From: Acidobacteriota bacterium
GTDB taxonomy: Bacteria; Acidobacteriota; Vicinamibacteria; Vicinamibacterales; UBA8438
Direction of reading: 5' to 3'
NCBI GenBank assembly: GCA_026706755.1
Contig: JAPOYG010000102.1
Span: 1 to 44,862 of the forward strand
Length of the DNA: 44,862 nucleotides
This document shows positions 12,485 through 20,402 of the stretch, piece after piece. The first letter of the stretch is position 1, and each line of letters opens with the position of its first letter. The position numbers and the translations under genes are program-made. The notes beneath the pieces are model-generated. The model was not told the DNA's origin. It saw only the letters and a list, made by a program, of their open reading frames with translations, and searched no databases.

Positions 12485-13411
12485 ATGGCAGCGGATCGAC
12501 AGGCCGGATCGACGACGGCAGAGCTCGAGGCAATCGGGGAGAGACTGCGCGCGGGCGACGGCCTCGCGTCCGGCGACGCGGCCGTGCTGGCCGCAACTCC
12601 CGACCTCGTCGCGCTGGGCGCGCTCGCGGATGAGCGGCGGCGGGCGGTGCGCGGGGACCGGGTGACGTTCGTCCGGGTGCTCGAGGTCGAAGCGGCCGCC
12701 GCCGGGGCGGGACCGGACGGCGTGCCGCCGCGCGCCGGTGAGGTGCGCATCGTCGGGCGTCCGGCGAACATCGCCGCAGCGGTGGCCGCGGCCCGGCGGC
12801 TGCGCGAGGCGGCCGGCCGCACTCCCGTCACCGGATTCGCGCTCGACGATCTCGTGGACGTATGCGGTGCCGACGCCTCCGCCGTGCGCGAGGCGCTGGC
12901 CGGGCTCCGGGAGGCAGGTCTGGAGCGCGTTGCCGAGGCCAGGGTGGACGGCGTCGCCGACCCGGCGTGGATCGAGCTCGCGGCGGCGGAGGGGCTGCCC
13001 GTCACGCGGTTGACGGTGGCGTCGGCCGACGCGGACGCTCTCGAGACGGCCGGGACGGTCGCGGCCTGGGGGGCGGCGGCGGCCAGCGTTCGCGTCTTCG
13101 CGCCGTTGCCGACGAATGCCGGTCCCCGACCGTCGACGGGCTACGATGATCTCCGCCGGGTTGCGCTCGCGCGGCTGGTGGTTGACAATATCGACTCCAT
13201 ACAGGTCGATTGGCGCTTGTATGGGCCCAAGCTGGCACAAGTGGCGCTCACTTTCGGGGCCGACGACGTGGACGCCGTCTCACCGATCGACACGCTCGAG
13301 CACGGATGGCGCCGTGCGCCTCTCGAGGAGATCGCACGCAACGTGAGCGCCGCGGCGCGGGTCCCGATCGAGCGCAACGGCCGGTTCGAGACCGGCACGG
13401 CACGACCATGA
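12485..13411 (+). CDS. MqnE/CofH-family protein lacking the radical SAM CX3CX2C motif
   Basis: N-terminus DLVALGALADERRRAVRGDRVTFV and C-terminus STGYDDLRRVALARLVVDNI..IQVDW...PKLAQVALTFGADDVD...VPIERNGRF match MqnE by recollection. Only one Cys. The stop overlaps the mqnA ATG. Confidence 0.75.
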   Translation: MAADRQAGSTTAELEAIGERLRAGDGLASGDAAVLAATPDLVALGALADERRRAVRGDRVTFVRVLEVEAAAAGAGPDGVPPRAGEVRIVGRPANIAAAVAAARRLREAAGRTPVTGFALDDLVDVCGADASAVREALAGLREAGLERVAEARVDGVADPAWIELAAAEGLPVTRLTVASADADALETAGTVAAWGAAAASVRVFAPLPTNAGPRPSTGYDDLRRVALARLVVDNIDSIQVDWRLYGPKLAQVALTFGADDVDAVSPIDTLEHGWRRAPLEEIARNVSAAARVPIERNGRFETGTARP

Positions 13412-14205
13412 GCGTGGTGCGCGTCGGCTGCGTCGAGTATCTCAACGCCCGCCCGCTCGTCCACGGGCTGGATGGGCGGCCTGATCTGTTCTCGCTGCGC
13501 TTCGACGTTCCGGCCCGCTGCGCCTCCTGGCTGCACGAACGCGAGGTCGATCTGGCCCTCATCCCCACCATCGAGTACCAGCGCCGGCCCGACTACCGGA
13601 TCGTGCCGGACCTCGCGGTGGCGTCCAACGGCCCGGTAGCTTCCGTCGCCATCTTCACCAAGCGGCCGGCAACGGCCATCCGTTCCATCGCCATCGATTC
13701 CAGCTCCCGCACGGCGGTCGCGCTGTTGCGGATTCTGTGCGCCCAGTGGTTCGACATCGAGCCGACGTTCGTGACGATGCGTCCCGACCTGCCGGCGATG
13801 CTCAAGCGTTGCGACGCCGCCCTGCTCATCGGCGACGTGGCGCTGTTCACGGAGCACGAGACCACGGACCTCGACAAGATCGACCTCGGCGAGGAGTGGA
13901 CGGCGATGACGAACCTGCCCTTCGTGTGGGCGTTCTGGGCGGGGCGCCCGGGAGCGGTCGAGCCGGTCCACGTCGCCGCGCTCCGCGCGGCGCGCGTCTC
14001 CGGGGAGGCCGCGTTCGACGAGATCGCCGCCGCGCACGGGCCGGAGGACGAGGACGAGGCGGTGCTCGCCCGCGCCTACCTCGAGGCCAACGTGCAGTTC
14101 GCGCTGACCCCGGAGTGTCTGGCGGGCCTCAAGCGGTTCTTCGGCGCGGCGCTCGATCTCAACATCGTGCAGCAGGCGACGAGCGTCCGCTTCTACGAGT
14201 CGTGA
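13408..14205 (+). CDS. mqnA: Chorismate dehydratase MqnA (futalosine pathway)
   Basis: RVGCVEYLNARPL, SSRTAVALLRIL, ALLIGDVAL, DLGEEW...TNLPFVWAFW. Confidence 0.9.
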   Translation: MSVVRVGCVEYLNARPLVHGLDGRPDLFSLRFDVPARCASWLHEREVDLALIPTIEYQRRPDYRIVPDLAVASNGPVASVAIFTKRPATAIRSIAIDSSSRTAVALLRILCAQWFDIEPTFVTMRPDLPAMLKRCDAALLIGDVALFTEHETTDLDKIDLGEEWTAMTNLPFVWAFWAGRPGAVEPVHVAALRAARVSGEAAFDEIAAAHGPEDEDEAVLARAYLEANVQFALTPECLAGLKRFFGAALDLNIVQQATSVRFYES

Positions 14206-15416
14206 TGGGCTGCGGGCTCGACGAGATCGCCACCCGCCTGCGGGGCGGGGAGCGGCTGAGGGCGGGGGAGGCGCTCGACCTGTACCGCGCCGCTCCGACC
14301 CTCGAGCTCGGGCGCCTCGCGGATGCGGCGCGCGCGGCGAAGCACCCCGAGCGCATCGTCACCTACATCATCGACCGCAACGTCAACTACACGAACGTCT
14401 GCGTCGCCCGCTGCAACTTCTGCGCCTTCTACCGGCCGGTCGGCGCCGGAGACGGCTACGTGCTCGGTTTCGACGAGATCTTCGCCAAGATCGACGAGAC
14501 CCTCGAGGTCGGAGGGGTGCAGCTCCTCCTGCAGGGCGGACACAACCCCGACCTTCCACTGGGGTGGTACGAGGACCTCTTCCGGGCCGTCAAGGAACGG
14601 TACCCGACCTTCCGGCTGCACGCCCTGTCGCCGCCCGAGGTCATCCACCTGTCGCGGCTCTCGCAGCTTCCGGTGCCCGCGGTCGTCGAGCGGCTGGTCG
14701 CGGCCGGCCTCGACAGCATTCCCGGCGGCGGGGCCGAGATCCTCGTGGACCGTGTGCGCCGCCTCCTGAACTGCCACGGCAAGGCGACGGCGGAGGAGTG
14801 GCTCGACGTGATGCGCACCGCGCACCGGGCCGGCTTGCGCACCACGGCCACGATGATGTACGGCACCGTGGAGCGGCCCGAGGAGCGGATCGAGCACCTG
14901 CTCCGGCTGCGTGACCTGCAGGACGAGACCGGCGGGTTCACGGCGTTCATCGCCTGGAGCTACCAGCCTCCGAACACCGAGCTCGGCGGGATCGAGGCGA
15001 CGGGCGTCGAGTATCTGCGCACGCTGGCCCTGGCCCGGCTGGTGCTGGACAACTTCGACAACCTGCAGGCGTCGTGGGTGACGCAGGGCGGCAGGGTGGG
15101 GCAGCTCAGCCTCGCGTTCGGCGCCAACGACATGGGCAGCGTGATGATCGAGGAGAACGTCGTCCGCGCGGCCGGCGCCGCCTACTGCATGGACGAGGTC
15201 GAGATCGTCCGCAACATCGAGAACGCCGGCTTCGTGCCCAAGCGGCGCAACATGCACTACGAGCTGCTCGGCGACCCGATCTTTCGCGAGCGTGCCGTGC
15301 CCCGGATGCTCGAGCTGGCCGTCGCCCGGGCCGGCGAGGTCGGGGCGCCGCCGCCCGAGGTCGCGCGCTATCCGGCCCGCAGCCGTGCGGAGAAGGCCCG
15401 TCGCGCAGCGCGATGA
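14205..15416 (+). CDS. mqnC: Cyclic dehypoxanthine futalosine synthase MqnC (radical SAM)
   Basis: VTYIIDRNVNYTNVCVARCNFCAF (CX3CX2C), LLQGGHNP, SIPGGGAEIL, NLQASWVTQG, GANDMGSVMIEENVV. Confidence 0.92.
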   Translation: MGCGLDEIATRLRGGERLRAGEALDLYRAAPTLELGRLADAARAAKHPERIVTYIIDRNVNYTNVCVARCNFCAFYRPVGAGDGYVLGFDEIFAKIDETLEVGGVQLLLQGGHNPDLPLGWYEDLFRAVKERYPTFRLHALSPPEVIHLSRLSQLPVPAVVERLVAAGLDSIPGGGAEILVDRVRRLLNCHGKATAEEWLDVMRTAHRAGLRTTATMMYGTVERPEERIEHLLRLRDLQDETGGFTAFIAWSYQPPNTELGGIEATGVEYLRTLALARLVLDNFDNLQASWVTQGGRVGQLSLAFGANDMGSVMIEENVVRAAGAAYCMDEVEIVRNIENAGFVPKRRNMHYELLGDPIFRERAVPRMLELAVARAGEVGAPPPEVARYPARSRAEKARRAAR

Positions 15417-16660
15417 GGCCCTCGCGACCCACCCGCTACCACGCCGCCTGGGTGCTGCCCGTCGCGACCCCGCCGATCCGCGACGGGTGGGTCGAGGTCG
15501 CCGGCGGCGTCGTGACCGACGTGGGGGCGCCCGCCTCCCTCCCGCGGGACCGCCCCGCCCGGACCGTGCACCTGCCGGGGCACGCCGTGCTGCCGGGCCT
15601 CGTCAATGCGCACACCCATCTGGAGCTCTCCGGCCTGCGGGGGACCGTTCCCCGGACGCGCTCGATGCCGGAGTGGGCTCGCGCGGTCATGGCGGGCCGG
15701 GCGCGGCCGTCGGCCGGCCGCGCGGCGGCCGTCGGCTCCGCGGTGGACGAGATGCGGGGAGCGGGCACCGCCCTGGTCGGCGACGTTGCGAACACGCACG
15801 AATCGATGGCCGCTCTCCGCGACGGCCCGGTGGCCGCGGTCGTGTTCCGGGAGGCCCTGGGCTTCGACGCGGGCGACGCCGAGGCGGCCGCGATCGGGGC
15901 CGCGCTGTCCGCGGAGCGGGCGGCCGGGGCGGGTAACCACGTGCGGGTCGCCATCGCCGCGCACGCGCCGTACTCCGTGTCGCCCGCCCTGTTCCGGGCC
16001 CTGGCCGGCGCGGCCGGCGGCGGCCCGCGGTCGGTCCACGTCGCCGAGTCGGCGGAGGAGCTCGAGCTGCTGCGGGCGGGGACCGGCGTCTGGCGCGCGA
16101 TCCTCGAGGAGCGGGGCCGCTGGGGCTCGGACTGGGTGCCTCCCCGCTCGGGGCCCGTCGCGTACCTCGATGCGCTCGGGTGGATCGGCCCGCGCACCCT
16201 GATCGTGCACGGCGTACACCTCACGCCGACCGAGATCGATCGGATCGCGGCCGCGGGGGCGACGCTCGTGGCGTGCCCGCGCAGCAACGCCTGGACCGGC
16301 GCCGGCACGCCGCCGATCGCTCGCTTCTACGCGGCGGCGGGGCGGGTGGCAGTGGGCACCGACAGTCTGGCCAGCGCCCCGGATCTCAACGTGTTCGCCG
16401 AACTCTCCCTGATGCGGCGGCTGGCGCCGTCGGTGCCGGCCTCGGCGCTCCTCGCCAGCGCGACCGCGGTGGGAGCGTCCGCGCTCGGGGCCGGCGACCG
16501 CTTCGGCGTCATCGCGCCGTCGAGGCCGGCCTCGCTGATCGCGGTCGAGTTGCGGGGCGCGACCGACGATGTGGAAGAATACCTGCTCAGTGGCATCGAG
16601 CCCGATTGCGTCACCTGGCTCGCGGACCTGGAATCCGGACCGGGCGGCCCCGAGAGGTAG
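15413..16660 (+). CDS. Amidohydrolase-family deaminase, probable aminofutalosine deaminase
   Basis: NAHTHLEL, HAPYSVS, HVAES, VHGVH and GTDS metal ligands. ATGA-coupled to mqnC. The substrate is inferred from context. Confidence 0.75.
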   Translation: MRPSRPTRYHAAWVLPVATPPIRDGWVEVAGGVVTDVGAPASLPRDRPARTVHLPGHAVLPGLVNAHTHLELSGLRGTVPRTRSMPEWARAVMAGRARPSAGRAAAVGSAVDEMRGAGTALVGDVANTHESMAALRDGPVAAVVFREALGFDAGDAEAAAIGAALSAERAAGAGNHVRVAIAAHAPYSVSPALFRALAGAAGGGPRSVHVAESAEELELLRAGTGVWRAILEERGRWGSDWVPPRSGPVAYLDALGWIGPRTLIVHGVHLTPTEIDRIAAAGATLVACPRSNAWTGAGTPPIARFYAAAGRVAVGTDSLASAPDLNVFAELSLMRRLAPSVPASALLASATAVGASALGAGDRFGVIAPSRPASLIAVELRGATDDVEEYLLSGIEPDCVTWLADLESGPGGPER

Positions 16661-16666
16661 GCAGGA

Positions 16667-17557
16667 TTGAATCGCACCGGGGGGGGCCTGGCCGGGCCGC
16701 GAGAGGTCGCCGGCCGTCTCCGCACCTACGCCTCGCTGGTGCGGCTGAGCCACACCGTCTTCGCGCTCCCGTTCGCACTGACGGGCGCGATGCTCGCTGC
16801 CGTCGAGACCCCGCTGACGGCGGCGCGGCTCGCCTGGATCGTGGCCGCGATGGCGACCGCGCGCACCGCCGCGATGGGCTTCAACCGCCTGGTCGACGCG
16901 CGATCCGACGCCCTGAACCCTCGCACCCGCAGCCGCGAGCTGCCCCGCGGCCTGGTCTCGCGGCGGGAAGCGGCGGTGCTGGTCGGAGTGTCGTCCGCGG
17001 CATTCGTGGCCGTGACGTCGCGCATCAGCGCGCTCTGCCTGGCGCTGTCCCCGGTCGCCCTCGGCATCGTCTTCTGGTACTCGCTGGCCAAGCGCTACAC
17101 GACGTGGACGCAGGTCTATCTCGGCATTGCGCTCGCGGTTGCGCCGGTCGGAGGATGGATTGCGGCCGGCGGCGGAGCCGGTTGGGAGCCGTGGCTGCTC
17201 GCGATCGGCACCGGAACCTGGGTGGCGGGGTTCGACATCCTCTATGCGTGCCAGGACGTGGAGTTCGACCGGAGCCAGGGGCTGCGATCGATTCCGGCCC
17301 GCTTCGGCGTCGCGCGGGCGCTCACCATCGCGCGCGCGTTCCACGTGCTCACCGTGGCGGCCCTGGCCTCGCTGGCGTGGGTGGTGCCGCTCGGGCCCGT
17401 CTACCTGGCCGGGGTCGCGGGTGTCGCCGCGCTGCTCGCGTACGAGCAGTCGCTCGTGCGGCCGGGCAACCTGTCGCGGGTTGGACAGGCGTTCGATCTG
17501 AACGGCTACGTGGGCGTGCTCTACTGCGTCGCGACGGCGGTGGCGATCCATGCCTGA
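16667..17557 (+). CDS. ubiA: UbiA-family prenyltransferase (MqnP type)
   Basis: HTVFALPFAL, MGFNRLVDARSDALNPRT.SRELP, YSLAKRYT, GFDILYACQD. Confidence 0.9.
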   Translation: MNRTGGGLAGPREVAGRLRTYASLVRLSHTVFALPFALTGAMLAAVETPLTAARLAWIVAAMATARTAAMGFNRLVDARSDALNPRTRSRELPRGLVSRREAAVLVGVSSAAFVAVTSRISALCLALSPVALGIVFWYSLAKRYTTWTQVYLGIALAVAPVGGWIAAGGGAGWEPWLLAIGTGTWVAGFDILYACQDVEFDRSQGLRSIPARFGVARALTIARAFHVLTVAALASLAWVVPLGPVYLAGVAGVAALLAYEQSLVRPGNLSRVGQAFDLNGYVGVLYCVATAVAIHA

Positions 17558-18191
17558 GCCGCGGCGACTCACCGTGGGCGTCACGGGGGCCAGCGGCGCC
17601 CTGTACGCCGTGCGGACGGTCGCCGCGCTCCTGGCGGAGGGCGTTGCCGTCGAGCTCGTCGTTTCGGACTTCGGGCGACGGTTGTTGCGGGACGAGCTGG
17701 GACCGGAAGCGGCGCTCGAGCGCCTGGCCGAGTACCTCGCCCGCCGCTACGGCATCGCGCCGCCCGGGCGCGGCCTCGTCGTTCACAGCAACCGGGACGT
17801 CGGTGCCTCGATCGCCAGCGGTAGCCACCCGAGCGAGGCGATGGTGATCGTCCCGTGCTCGATGAAGACGCTGGCCGGAGTCGCGCACGGACTCTCGCGC
17901 AACCTGATCGAGCGCGCCGCCGACGTCGTGCTCAAGGAGGGGCGCCGCCTCGTCCTGGTGCCGCGGGAGACGCCCATGAGCCTGCCGCAGCTTCGCAATC
18001 TCGTCCTCTGCGCGGAGGCCGGCGCGCACGTGCTGCCCGCGATGCCGGCCTTCTACCAGCGCCCGCGCACGCTCGACGACCTGGCGGACTTCCTGGCCGG
18101 CAAGATCCTCGCCGCGCTCGGCTTCGAGCAGCGCCTCTTTCCGCCGTGGAACGGCACGCCGCCGGACGACGGATCGGACGCCGGCGGATGA
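17550..18191 (+). CDS. ubiX: Flavin prenyltransferase UbiX
   Basis: VGVTGASGA, IASGS, PCSMKTL, RAADVVLKEGR.LVLVPRETP, PAMPAFYQRP. Confidence 0.93.
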   Translation: MPEPRRLTVGVTGASGALYAVRTVAALLAEGVAVELVVSDFGRRLLRDELGPEAALERLAEYLARRYGIAPPGRGLVVHSNRDVGASIASGSHPSEAMVIVPCSMKTLAGVAHGLSRNLIERAADVVLKEGRRLVLVPRETPMSLPQLRNLVLCAEAGAHVLPAMPAFYQRPRTLDDLADFLAGKILAALGFEQRLFPPWNGTPPDDGSDAGG

Positions 18192-18958
18192 CCGCCGGGC
18201 GCGGAGGGGTGGGGGAGCGGCCGGCCGGTCGGGATGCGGGGGCGGCCGCGGGGGTAGACAAGGGGCCCGCCCGCATCGCGGCGATGTTCGACGCGATCGC
18301 GCGCCGCTACGACCTGCTGAACCGGGTCCTGAGCGCGGGGCTGGACCAGCGGTGGCGAGCGCGGGCCGTTCGGTCGCTCCGGCTGACGGGGCGGGAGACG
18401 GTGGCGGACTTCTGCACCGGCACCGCCGATCTGGCCATCGCGCTGGCCGGAAGGCGCGGAGGTGCGGCGCGCGTGGTGGGGATCGACTTCGCGGGGGAGA
18501 TGCTGCGGCACGGACTGGCCAAGCTGCGGCGGTCGGGGCTGGAGCGGCGGGTCGCCCTCGTGCGCGCCGACGCGACGCAGGCGCCGCTCGCCGACGGCGC
18601 CGTCGACGCGGCGACGGTCGCCTTCGGCATCCGGAACGTCGAGCAGCCGCAGCTCGCCCTCTCCGAGATGCACCGGCTCGTCCGCCCCGGGGGCCGGATC
18701 GCGATCCTGGAGTTCGGCATGCCCCGGCTCCCGGTGGTCGGCGCCGCCTACGGCTGGTACTTCCGTCGCGTCCTGCCGCGGCTGGGGAGCGTCGTGTCGG
18801 GGCACGGCAGCGCATACGCCTATCTTCCCGCGTCGGTGGGAGCGTTCCACGGGCCGGAGGCGTTCTGCCGGCTCCTCGGGGAGGCGGGCTTCCGCGACGC
18901 CCGCGCCGTTCCGCTGCAGATGGGCATCGTGTACCTCTACGAGGCGGCCCGCGCGTAG
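18188..18958 (+). CDS. menG: Demethylmenaquinone methyltransferase (UbiE/MenG)
   Basis: ATG at 18188 overlaps the ubiX stop. MFDAIARRYDLLNRVLSAGLDQRWR, DFCTGTAD, AFGIRNV, AYAYLPASV. Confidence 0.9.
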   Translation: MTAGRGGVGERPAGRDAGAAAGVDKGPARIAAMFDAIARRYDLLNRVLSAGLDQRWRARAVRSLRLTGRETVADFCTGTADLAIALAGRRGGAARVVGIDFAGEMLRHGLAKLRRSGLERRVALVRADATQAPLADGAVDAATVAFGIRNVEQPQLALSEMHRLVRPGGRIAILEFGMPRLPVVGAAYGWYFRRVLPRLGSVVSGHGSAYAYLPASVGAFHGPEAFCRLLGEAGFRDARAVPLQMGIVYLYEAARA

Positions 18959-19057
18959 CACCGAAGCTCCGTCCGCGGCGCGGCGTCCGCCCCCGGTGCC
19001 GCGAGCCCACGGCTCCGCGGCGTCGCGTGCCCCGCGGCAGGAAACACGCGGCGACGC

Positions 19058-19066
19058 TGCTATACT
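19058..19066 (+). promoter_or_regulatory. Extended -10 promoter upstream of the TonB-family gene
   Basis: TGCTATACT (TGnTATACT), 33 nt before the ATG. Confidence 0.55.
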
Positions 19067-19099
19067 GGCGGGGGATCCCGTAGTCCGACCCGACGTTCC

Positions 19100-20221
19100 A
19101 TGCTGTTCGACTTCGAGGACCGCTGTTTCGACACGCCGACCGTCGATTCGGCGATGTCGTGGCGCGAGCAGATCCTGCTGTCGGGGTTGATTCACCTGCT
19201 CGTCGTGCTGGCCGTCCTGTTCGTGCCGGAACTCTCGTTCGTGCGGGATGCGGAGGCGCGGCGCGCGGAGCGCCTGGCCCAGCAGGCCGAACTGCTCGCG
19301 CAGGCGCAGCCCGCGGCTCCCGACACGGGCCGGCCCTTCATCTTCGTCCAGCCGCGCGTCGATCTCGAGGCCCCGGACGCCCGGCCGGACGCCCCGCTGT
19401 CCGATCAGGACCGGCGGGCCCAGTCCCCGTTCGCGTCCCTGGATCCCCGCAACCGCCTGCCGAACGCTCGTGGCAACTCGATGGAGTTCGTCGAGGCGGA
19501 GGATCCGAGCCTGGTGCTCGACGACGGTCCGCGCATCGGAGTCCCGGCCGACGCCAGCTCGCCGGACCCGGCGGACGTCCCCGAGCCCGATCCCCGGGTA
19601 GACGATCTGCTCGCGGCCGCGGCGGACGTGCCCCCCTCCCAGAGTCCCGAGGAACAGGACGAGCAGGCACCGGACGCGGAGCCCGCGGAGGAGGCGGACC
19701 CGAGCGTCGAGGAGCTGCTGGCGGAGGGTGCGCTCACCGTTCCGCGGCCGAGCGGCCGCCGCCGGGACCCGGACCCGCCCGATCGCCGCGCGGACCTCTT
19801 CGCGGACGGCCTGCTCGGGGGCAACCTGGGCGACCTGGGCCGCTACGTGCGGCGCGAGAGCTTCGGCAACGTCTACGGCGATACCGGCAATTTCGCGCCC
19901 TGGATTCAGTTCGACACCAAGGGAGTCGAGTTCGGCCCGTGGCTGCGGCGCTTCATCGCGCAGATCCGCCGCAACTGGTTCATCCCCTACGCCGCGCTGA
20001 GCATGCACGGGAACGTCCAGCTCACGTTCTACGTGCACCGGGACGGCACGATGACGGGGCTCACCGTCCGCCGGCCGTCGGCGGTGGATGCGTTCACGAA
20101 CTCGGCCTTCAACGCGCTGAAGTCCTCCAACCCGACCCGGCCGCTCCCGGCGGAGTACCCGGACGACCAGGCCTTCTTCACGGTCACCTTCTACTTCAAC
20201 GAGTCGCCGCCGCGGGCCTGA
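19100..20221 (+). CDS. TonB/TolA-family energy transducer
   Basis: N-terminal TM helix with SxxxH (LSGLIH), an acidic Pro-rich linker, and a TonB_C-like C-terminus (WLRRFIAQIRRNW, LTFYVHRDG, RPLPAEYP, FTVTFYFN). Confidence 0.8.
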   Translation: MLFDFEDRCFDTPTVDSAMSWREQILLSGLIHLLVVLAVLFVPELSFVRDAEARRAERLAQQAELLAQAQPAAPDTGRPFIFVQPRVDLEAPDARPDAPLSDQDRRAQSPFASLDPRNRLPNARGNSMEFVEAEDPSLVLDDGPRIGVPADASSPDPADVPEPDPRVDDLLAAAADVPPSQSPEEQDEQAPDAEPAEEADPSVEELLAEGALTVPRPSGRRRDPDPPDRRADLFADGLLGGNLGDLGRYVRRESFGNVYGDTGNFAPWIQFDTKGVEFGPWLRRFIAQIRRNWFIPYAALSMHGNVQLTFYVHRDGTMTGLTVRRPSAVDAFTNSAFNALKSSNPTRPLPAEYPDDQAFFTVTFYFNESPPRA

Positions 20222-20306
20222 CGGACGCCGGCGTCTGCCGGGAAGCGGAGGCGCGGCCCGACGCCGGCAAGCGACGGGGGCCGGCGAACGGCCCCGACAG
20301 CACTCG

Positions 20307-20402
20307 ATGGCGCTTCCGAACCGGACGCAGCAGGTCGGCTGGCTCGTGCTGCTGACGCTGCTCCTGGCTCTGGTCGTCCTCCGGTGGCTGGGGCTCGCCT
20401 GA
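20307..20402 (+). CDS. Putative 31-aa single-pass membrane protein (not in ORF track)
   Basis: MALPNRTQQVGWLVLLTLLLALVVLRWLGLA*. GC-ending codons and one hydrophobic helix. Fills the tonB-miaA gap. Confidence 0.55.
   Translation: MALPNRTQQVGWLVLLTLLLALVVLRWLGLA

Noticed and set aside
12485-13411. Calling the MqnE-like gene a pseudogene or a functional mqnE
   Set aside because: It has no stops or frameshifts and is coupled to mqnA, which argues against a pseudogene. It has no CX3CX2C, so it cannot be a canonical MqnE.
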